NCBI GenBank assembly: GCA_019058245.1
Contig: JAHPZJ010000016.1
Span: forward strand, 1-25,549
Direction of reading: 5' to 3'
Origin: Promethearchaeota archaeon
Lineage (GTDB): Archaea > Asgardarchaeota > Lokiarchaeia > Sigyniarchaeales > SOKP01
DNA: 25,549 bases
Within the stretch, counting starts at the first letter, position 1; each line of letters opens with the position of its first letter. The position numbers were made by a program, and so were the translations under genes. The notes under the pieces were generated by a model. That model was not told where the DNA came from, did not search any database, and saw nothing but the letters and a program-made list of their open reading frames with translations. This document shows, piece after piece, positions 18,942 to 25,549 of the stretch.

Positions 18942-19949
18942 TTATAATCCAGTTTGTTTTAATTTTTCTAATAATTCTTTTTGGGATTTATTCAATTTTT
19001 TTGGAATATTGATACTAATTCTAACAAGTTCACTTCCTCTTTGTTCTGATCCCGTAAAATAAAATCCTTGATTTTTTAATCTTAGAATCGATTCATCCGA
19101 AGTCCCAGGAGGTACATTTACGGTTAGATCTTTTTCAATTCCTGGAACTTGTATTTTTCCACCAAGTACGGCAGTTGTAAATGGAATTTCTTTCTCAACA
19201 AGAATATCATTCCCTTCAAGTTTAAAAGTTGGATGAGGTTTAATATTTACATTTATATATAAATCTCCTGGAGCACCTCCATTTATACCAGATAATCCCT
19301 TACCTTTAAGACGTAACTTTTGTTGGTCTTTAATTCCTTTTGGAATCTTGACTTTTAATGTGGTCATTTGATTTGTATTAGGATCTTTATATGATATTCT
19401 TTTTTCTCCTCCATTGAAAGCTTCCATAAAATCGATTTCAATATCATATCTTAAGTCATCACCCTCTACTGGTCTAGATCCAAAATTACTTGAATTAACT
19501 CGTGAACTTCGTCCTCTTTTTGAAAATACATCAAAAATATCTCCTAAATCATTAAAGAAATCAAATCCACCGCTTCTACTTCGAGAATTATTACTATTTC
19601 CAAAAATATCACTGAAATCAAAACCCCCTGGAGAGTTTGAGGATGTATAATAATAAGTTGTTCCATCTGGACTTCGATGAACCCTTCCTCCTCCAGGAGA
19701 ACCGCCCCAATTTTGATAAGTTGATGTGTCTCCCTCTACAACCCCAAATCTATCATACATATCTCTTTTTTTATCATCACTTAAAATTGTATAAGCTTCA
19801 TTTATCTCCTTAAATTTTTCTCCAGATTTTGGTTCATCTGGATTAACATCAGGATGATATTTTCGAGCCATCTTACGAAATGCTCTTTTAATTTCATCTT
19901 TTGAAGCTCCTTTATTTATTCCTAAAATTTTATAATAATCTTTTGGCAT
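18942..19949 (-). CDS. dnaJ: DnaJ class B (CbpA-like) co-chaperone, no zinc finger
   Basis: J-domain with HPD, G/F-rich linker, C-terminal domain (GDLY, GSELV); no CxxCxGxG repeats. Confidence 0.9.
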   Translation of the reverse strand: MPKDYYKILGINKGASKDEIKRAFRKMARKYHPDVNPDEPKSGEKFKEINEAYTILSDDKKRDMYDRFGVVEGDTSTYQNWGGSPGGGRVHRSPDGTTYYYTSSNSPGGFDFSDIFGNSNNSRSRSGGFDFFNDLGDIFDVFSKRGRSSRVNSSNFGSRPVEGDDLRYDIEIDFMEAFNGGEKRISYKDPNTNQMTTLKVKIPKGIKDQQKLRLKGKGLSGINGGAPGDLYINVNIKPHPTFKLEGNDILVEKEIPFTTAVLGGKIQVPGIEKDLTVNVPPGTSDESILRLKNQGFYFTGSEQRGSELVRISINIPKKLNKSQKELLEKLKQTGL

Positions 19950-20007
19950 ATTTTACAACCCCCTTATTTTAATAATGAATAATAGCTTAATAATCGTGAA
20001 TTTCTAG

Positions 20008-20031
20008 AAAAATAAAAAAAAATAAAAAAAA
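20008..20031 (-). terminator. Poly-T terminator/attenuator after dnaK
   Basis: Three consecutive T-runs on the minus strand just after the dnaK stop codon. Confidence 0.55.
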
Positions 20032-20036
20032 GGAAT

Positions 20037-21947
20037 TTAGTCATATTCAGCATCAACTACATTATCATCTTGACCTGTTGCTTTCCTGAATTGTTCTTCT
20101 TCAATTTCATCTTGAGATTTTCCTTGATATCCATATGAAGCACCTGGTGGGACATCTCCCATACCTCCAGGTGGAGCACCCTGATAAGCTCCTTGAGAAG
20201 GTCCTTGTTGTCCATAGATTCGAGAAGAAATCTCGTGTAGTGAATTCTGTAAGGCTTCTATGGCATTCTTAATTCGATTAACATCTTCAGATTCCATTGC
20301 ACTCCTTAATTCAGCGATTTTATCAAATATTTTCGATTTTAAATCTCCAATTCCACTCTCATTCTCTTTCAAAAGTTTTTCAGTTTGATAAATTAATGAT
20401 TCTCCATGATTCTTAGCTTCTGTTAATTCTTTGAATTTTCTATCTTCTTCAGCATTACGTTCAGCTTCTCGAATTTTTTGCTCAATATCATCATCAGACA
20501 TCTTTGTAGAGGCAGTTATAGTTATTGATTGACTTTTTCCTGTTCCTTTATCTTTAGCTGAAACATTTAAAATTCCATTTTGATCAATATCAAATGTTAC
20601 TTCGATCTGTGGTATTCCTCTTGGTGCAGGTGGAATACCATTCAAATGAAATCTTCCTAATGTTATATTATCTGCTGCTCGTGGTCTTTCACCTTGTAAT
20701 ACATGAATTTCTACCGCTGGTTGATTATCAGCTGCAGTTGAGAACGTCTCAGTTTTTTTCGTTGGAATTGTAGTATTTCGTTCAATCAGTTTTGTAAAGA
20801 CACCGCCTAAAGTCTCAACTCCTAAAGACAAAGGAGTTACATCTAATAACAATAAATCTTCAACTTCACCAGTTAATACACCACCTTGAATAGCAGCACC
20901 CATGGCTACACATTCCATTGGATCAATACTCCTTTCTGGAGTTTTACCAAGTAAGGTTTCAAATTTCTTCTGAACAACAGGCATTCTTGTAGGTCCACCT
21001 ACTAATATTGTTTTATCAACATCGCCTCTAGCTATACCAGCATCTTGCAGAGCCTTCAATATTGAAGTATCTAATCTCTTTAGTACAGGTTCAATGAGTT
21101 GCTCTAATTTGGCTCTCGTAAGTGTCATATTAAGATGTTTTGGTCCTTCTTTTGTTGCAGTTATATAAGGTAAATTAATATCAGTTGTAATTGAAGTAGA
21201 TAATTCAATTTTGGCTCTTTCTGCAGCTTCCCTGACTCTTTGCATCGCCATAGAATCTCCTTTTAAATCTACACCTTGATCTTTCTGAAATTCTGAAACT
21301 ATATAATCCACAAGAATCTTATCCATGTCTGTTCCTCCAAGCTGAGTATCTCCTGCTGTAGAAATTACTTCAAAGACTTGATTGTCCATCTCCATTATTG
21401 TCACATCAAAAGTTCCCCCGCCAAGATCTAGTACAGCAATCTTTAATCTAGCATTCTTTTTATCCAACCCATAAGCTACAGCCGCGGCAGTGGGTTCGTT
21501 AATTAAACGCTTTACATTTAATCCCGCGATCCTTCCCGCATCTTTAGTAGCCTGTCTTTGATTATCATTAAAATATGCTGGTACAGTAATAATAACATCA
21601 GTAACCTCTTCACCTAAATAAGCACTAGCATCTTCTTTGATTTTCCTTAGAATCATTGCAGAAATTTCTTGAGGAGTATAATCCTTACCATCAACTTTCA
21701 CAGTGTAAGAAGTACCCATCTTTCTCTTTATGGCTGTTATTGTGCGATCTGGATTAGAAATTGCTTGTCTTCTAGCAGGTTCTCCAACTAATCTCTGACC
21801 ATCTTTCGTAAAAGCAACTACAGATGGAAAAGCTTTACCACCTAATGTTAAACCCTCAGCACTCGGTATTATTGTTGGTTTACCGCCAATAAGTACGGCT
21901 GCTGCTGAATTTGAAGTTCCTAAGTCGATTCCTATTATTTTTCCCAT
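20037..21947 (-). CDS. dnaK: Chaperone DnaK (Hsp70)
   Basis: [39 protein letters not shown]. Short archaeal/Gram-positive form lacking the subdomain IB insert. GGAGTGA Shine-Dalgarno site at 21954-21960. Confidence 0.98.
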   Translation of the reverse strand: MGKIIGIDLGTSNSAAAVLIGGKPTIIPSAEGLTLGGKAFPSVVAFTKDGQRLVGEPARRQAISNPDRTITAIKRKMGTSYTVKVDGKDYTPQEISAMILRKIKEDASAYLGEEVTDVIITVPAYFNDNQRQATKDAGRIAGLNVKRLINEPTAAAVAYGLDKKNARLKIAVLDLGGGTFDVTIMEMDNQVFEVISTAGDTQLGGTDMDKILVDYIVSEFQKDQGVDLKGDSMAMQRVREAAERAKIELSTSITTDINLPYITATKEGPKHLNMTLTRAKLEQLIEPVLKRLDTSILKALQDAGIARGDVDKTILVGGPTRMPVVQKKFETLLGKTPERSIDPMECVAMGAAIQGGVLTGEVEDLLLLDVTPLSLGVETLGGVFTKLIERNTTIPTKKTETFSTAADNQPAVEIHVLQGERPRAADNITLGRFHLNGIPPAPRGIPQIEVTFDIDQNGILNVSAKDKGTGKSQSITITASTKMSDDDIEQKIREAERNAEEDRKFKELTEAKNHGESLIYQTEKLLKENESGIGDLKSKIFDKIAELRSAMESEDVNRIKNAIEALQNSLHEISSRIYGQQGPSQGAYQGAPPGGMGDVPPGASYGYQGKSQDEIEEEQFRKATGQDDNVVDAEYD

Positions 21948-21994
21948 ATTTCATCACTCCATTTTTATGTTTATTTTCAATTTTGATTTTTTTT

Positions 21995-22723
21995 TTAATT
22001 TTCATTTAATTTTTTTAATTTTGATTTTTTTGAGATTTTGACCTTTGCTGGTCTTAAAATCTTATCTTTAAGATAATAACCCTTAGTTATCTCTTCTAAT
22101 ATAGTATTTTCAGGGAGATCATCTCGACCTTCTTCGACTAATATTGCTTCATGTTTATATGGATCAAATATTTCACCTTCCGAATTCATAGGTCTTACTC
22201 CTTCTTCTTCTAATATCTTATCAAAATTTTTAACAATAATCTCAAATCCTTTTTTGATTCCATCTTTCTCCTCAAGCATTTTAAGTAAATTAAATGCTCT
22301 TACTAAATCATCATAGTGATCGATTAATTTTTTTAACACAGTTTCCATAATATATGATTTATAGTTGCTATTTTCTCGTTCTGTACGTTTTTTGTAATTC
22401 TCAAAATCTGCTCGTATTCTTAAAAGAGCATTCAAATATTTCTCTTTCTCTTCCATTAATTCTTTGAATTTTCGACCATCCTCTTTCATATCATCCAGTT
22501 CCTTTAACAAACGGTCATTTTGAGTCTTAATCTTTTTATGTTCCTCTACTAGTGATTCATACTTCTCTGCTTTCGTTATAAGTCGATTATAATCACTTTT
22601 AGAAATTAGAATCTGACCTGATTTCCTATCTGAAAATCCTCTATTGTTAACAAATCTATCATAATAATCTTCAAATGTCATAGATTTCACATCTCCCATT
22701 CCATTTTTAATATTATATGTCAT
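21995..22723 (-). CDS. grpE: Nucleotide exchange factor GrpE
   Basis: RIRADFENYKKR, GEIFDPYKHEA, KGY..KDKILRPAKVKIS. True start may be ATG 22681, which has GGAG upstream. Confidence 0.94.
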   Translation of the reverse strand: MTYNIKNGMGDVKSMTFEDYYDRFVNNRGFSDRKSGQILISKSDYNRLITKAEKYESLVEEHKKIKTQNDRLLKELDDMKEDGRKFKELMEEKEKYLNALLRIRADFENYKKRTERENSNYKSYIMETVLKKLIDHYDDLVRAFNLLKMLEEKDGIKKGFEIIVKNFDKILEEEGVRPMNSEGEIFDPYKHEAILVEEGRDDLPENTILEEITKGYYLKDKILRPAKVKISKKSKLKKLNEN

Positions 22724-22770
22724 TTTTTTATTTATTGTGTTTTAAACCCCATTTTTTTATAATAACTTGT

Positions 22771-22821
22771 TATTGTCAATCTTCAATTGACAATATATAA
22801 GTGTAAATTATACTATATAAA
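22771..22821 (-). promoter_or_regulatory. Promoter of the chaperone cluster: TATA-like box plus perfect inverted repeat
   Basis: TATTGTCAAT-N5-ATTGACAATA at 22771-22795; TTTATATA on the minus strand at 22821-22814. Confidence 0.65.
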
Positions 22822-22991
22822 TGTTACGTTATTAAAAAATAATTATTCAAATATCCATAAATCAATAAATTCTGAATCTGAAAACCGATTCTTATAGAAA
22901 AAGATAATCTCAATTATTTGGATTGAAGGTAATATCTAATTACGAGTAATTTATGTAATTTTACTAAATGGATTTATCTATGATTTTTTGA

Positions 22992-24017
22992 CTATAAAAA
23001 ATCAGAAATTTTAATTACAATCGTATCTTGGATGTTATAATTATTATCCAGTTTACGCTCAAATCTTACCCTTTTAATCCTTTTCTTTGACCTTTTAAGA
23101 ATCGAATAGGGTAAGAAATATCCAAATTCTTCATGGACTAGTTTAATTATTGAATTAATCGGGACTTCAACTTCTTGATTTTCAGTTAGAAATTCTTCTT
23201 TTAGTTTCTTAAGGCAGATTTCCTTTAAACACATATGAAGTTGTTCAGCACATGAAATACCCATATTTTTATCCATAAATCGAGCTAAATAATATCCATT
23301 ATATTCTATACATAGAATATTATAGGAGAAAATAGTACCCAAAGTAGCACTCTGGTAATCCCTATAATATTTATCATGTCCATATATGCTTGTTTTAAGT
23401 CTTTGATTTTCAAAATAAGGAGAGAAATGAATAGGATATGGTTGTTCAACAACCTCTTCTCCAATTACATTCATATAATAAATACGACCACCATATAAGT
23501 TATGAAGCCTTCTTTCTTCCTTTAAAACTCGAATTTTATCTGAATTACATGGTCTCTTTTCTTCTGATACACAGCTTCCAGATCCGTTAAATACCCACAA
23601 GACATAAATATTCTTTTTTGTATACTTTTTAGTTCTTTCGATTAGCTTTTTGGCAATTATCGGTGAGTTTTGACATTCAATTGCGACTTTTTTCCCATCC
23701 CGTAATTCAAAAAATACATCTGCGACTTGATCCTCAAGCCAAAATTCCTTATGTCGTGATTTGATGTGATTAAATTTCGGAAATACTGTATACCAATAAT
23801 TTTTCATAGTTTTATGCTCTAAAGTTTCAGGTTCAAAATCCTCTGGTTTCTTTCCTCTATGTTTAAAACACTTTTCATACGGATTATAAAAGACTGGCTT
23901 TTTACAGTTCCTACACGTCCAAGTATAATTCTGTGGATTTTTTGGAAGACCATATCCGACCTTAAAGATTCTCCCCAACTCAACATTATAAGCTATATAA
24001 ATTTCGTTAGATTCCAT
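22992..24017 (-). CDS. CoiA-like PD-(D/E)xK nuclease with N-terminal Zn-binding module
   Basis: CRNC...FKH...ETLEH; E....QVADV...AIECQNSPI...ERT..Y.....VLWV. Confidence 0.8.
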   Translation of the reverse strand: MESNEIYIAYNVELGRIFKVGYGLPKNPQNYTWTCRNCKKPVFYNPYEKCFKHRGKKPEDFEPETLEHKTMKNYWYTVFPKFNHIKSRHKEFWLEDQVADVFFELRDGKKVAIECQNSPIIAKKLIERTKKYTKKNIYVLWVFNGSGSCVSEEKRPCNSDKIRVLKEERRLHNLYGGRIYYMNVIGEEVVEQPYPIHFSPYFENQRLKTSIYGHDKYYRDYQSATLGTIFSYNILCIEYNGYYLARFMDKNMGISCAEQLHMCLKEICLKKLKEEFLTENQEVEVPINSIIKLVHEEFGYFLPYSILKRSKKRIKRVRFERKLDNNYNIQDTIVIKISDFL

Positions 24018-24173
24018 TACCCTGTTTTTTAACTTTTGATTTAAGAACCTAACGAAAAATTACAATTTTATTTAAGAGGAAACTGTAAATTTAATAGTAT
24101 AACTTGAATAACAAAAAAATGTCGGTTCAAAAATTAAATAAATTTTATACCGATATCAAAATCTGCATTTAAA

Positions 24174-24668
24174 ATGATAAACAAAAAAAGTAAAAAACCA
24201 GAAGTTCTAAAAAAATTAAAATGTTTAGTTTGCGGTTCTAAAGATGTTTATTCTAAGCCTTATAAATACAAACAATTGCCAGATAAAAAATTACTAACAA
24301 AATTTAGAAATAAAAGAGCTTTAAAATTTTTATTGGACATACCAATTTGCCTCAATTGTATTAAAAAGTTCCATAAATGGAAAATATATATTATTTTATC
24401 CCTTCTAATTTTTATTATTGGTATTTTAGATGTTATAATAGGTATTTTTTATCTTATTCTTCACCAAATATTTGAAGATTTAGGTATTAAAATAATCGAT
24501 ATTGGTTTTTTAGTTATTATATCTAGTATAATTAGTAGATATATTCTTAGGAAAATTGAATCTAATCCAAATAATTATTTTTTCTATGATTTTGTAAGTA
24601 GAGTTTTTTATGTGAAACCAATTGAGGAAAAAACTGGATTCCCTATGATATTTGGATTAAAAATATGA
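24174..24668 (+). CDS. Zn-finger (CxxC...CxxC) two-TM membrane protein, possibly frameshifted near the 3' end
   Basis: CLVC and CLNC pairs followed by two hydrophobic helices. Confidence 0.6.
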   Translation: MINKKSKKPEVLKKLKCLVCGSKDVYSKPYKYKQLPDKKLLTKFRNKRALKFLLDIPICLNCIKKFHKWKIYIILSLLIFIIGILDVIIGIFYLILHQIFEDLGIKIIDIGFLVIISSIISRYILRKIESNPNNYFFYDFVSRVFYVKPIEEKTGFPMIFGLKI

Positions 24669-24812
24669 AAGGAAAATAATTCTATTCCAGAATATTTGAA
24701 AGATTATTGTTAAAAAAACAATTTAAAAAATTTCAAATTTATGATTTTTCAAACAAAATATTATAAATAGACTAACTTTTTACGTATTTAAATCAAAATT
24801 CTAAAAAAGATA

Positions 24813-25340
24813 ATGAGGTCTAAAATGGATTTTTATGAAGTAGTGAAAAAAAGAAGGAGCTATAGAGCCTATAAACCAGATATTCCTGAAAAAGAAAAAA
24901 TTGAGAGAATTTTAGAAGCTGCTAGGTTAGCACCTACCTGGGCAAATAAACAAGGTGTATCGCTAATTTTAGTACAAAAACCTGAAAAAGTTAAAGCAAT
25001 ATGGAGAGCAATTGATCAAGATCAAAAGTTTAGTAGTGCTCCTACGTTTATCGTTGGTATAATAAGTGAAGAGGGATCTGGCACTAATAAAAATGGTGAA
25101 AAATATTATGGTGTAGATTTTGGGATTTGCTTCGAACATTTAATATTAGCTGCTACAGCAGAAGGATTAGCGAGTTGCTGGATTGGAATGTTTAATGAAG
25201 ATGAAATAAAAAAAATACTAGATATTCCTAAGAAGTATAAAATTATGGGTTTAACACCTTTAGGATACCCTCTTAAATCCAAGAGCGAAGTAAATGATAG
25301 AATTCCTATTGATAAAATAGTACATTATGAAAAATTTTAA
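24813..25340 (+). CDS. Nitroreductase family protein
   Basis: KRRSYRAY, ARLAPTWANKQ, LAATAEGLASCWIG, LGYP. Confidence 0.93.
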   Translation: MRSKMDFYEVVKKRRSYRAYKPDIPEKEKIERILEAARLAPTWANKQGVSLILVQKPEKVKAIWRAIDQDQKFSSAPTFIVGIISEEGSGTNKNGEKYYGVDFGICFEHLILAATAEGLASCWIGMFNEDEIKKILDIPKKYKIMGLTPLGYPLKSKSEVNDRIPIDKIVHYEKF

Positions 25341-25397
25341 TTTTATTTTATTTTTTGAATAATTTTTCTTTAAATTATTAGATCTAGAAATTATTTC

Positions 25398-25549
25398 ATG
25401 ATAAACAAAAAAGAATTATTATGTGAAATAGTTTTCAACGATCACAAAACAGGTGTATTAACGAGTCGAATAGGAATAATTGACGAATCTCAATTGAGTT
25501 TATTTTCTTCAAATTCAAATAGGTTCATAGTATTTAAAGAAAAATATAA
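25398..25549 (+). CDS. Possible 3'-truncated ORF, unknown product
   Basis: ATG at 25398; the frame (MINKKELLCEIVFNDHKTG...) stays open to the window end. Confidence 0.3.
   Translation, partial: MINKKELLCEIVFNDHKTGVLTSRIGIIDESQLSLFSSNSNRFIVFKEKY

Noticed and set aside
16046-19650. Plus-strand ORFs 16046-16243, 16983-17288, 17979-18446 and 19414-19650
   Set aside because: Typical antisense frames of conserved tfb, clpB and dnaJ.
22771-22795. CIRCE, HAIR or CtsR box assignment
   Set aside because: Arms, spacer and orientation do not match those consensus sequences.
1-25549. tRNA/rRNA genes, IS elements, integrase or provirus
   Set aside because: No GC-rich structured RNA segments, transposase/integrase ORFs or terminal repeats seen by eye.

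Overview
Very AT-rich archaeal chromosomal segment. TFB, RFC-S/RFC-L, an archaeal-type DnaK and TATA-like promoters indicate an archaeon. The SCP2-like, longin-like and long coiled-coil proteins suggest an Asgard (Lokiarchaeia-like) lineage; this is an inference. Contents in order: a 5'-truncated giant helical-repeat protein; an RHH regulator divergent from a small conserved protein; a multi-Zn-finger protein; a GNAT-rfcS-rfcS2-rfcL operon, where rfcS2 looks ATPase-dead like eukaryotic Rfc5; an HSL esterase; an ECF S-component; pepT; an MFS/PadR pair with a palindromic operator; a coiled-coil-wHTH protein; an SCP2-like protein; a receiver domain fused to a longin/uDENN-like domain; a grpE-dnaK-dnaJ(class B)-clpB-tfb cluster headed by a perfect non-CIRCE inverted repeat; a CoiA-like nuclease; a Zn-finger membrane protein; and a nitroreductase. 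I saw no rRNA, tRNA, CRISPR array or transposase. The strongest leads are the chaperone cluster with its own TFB and candidate operator, the REC-longin fusion, and the eukaryote-like three-gene clamp loader linked to an acetyltransferase.
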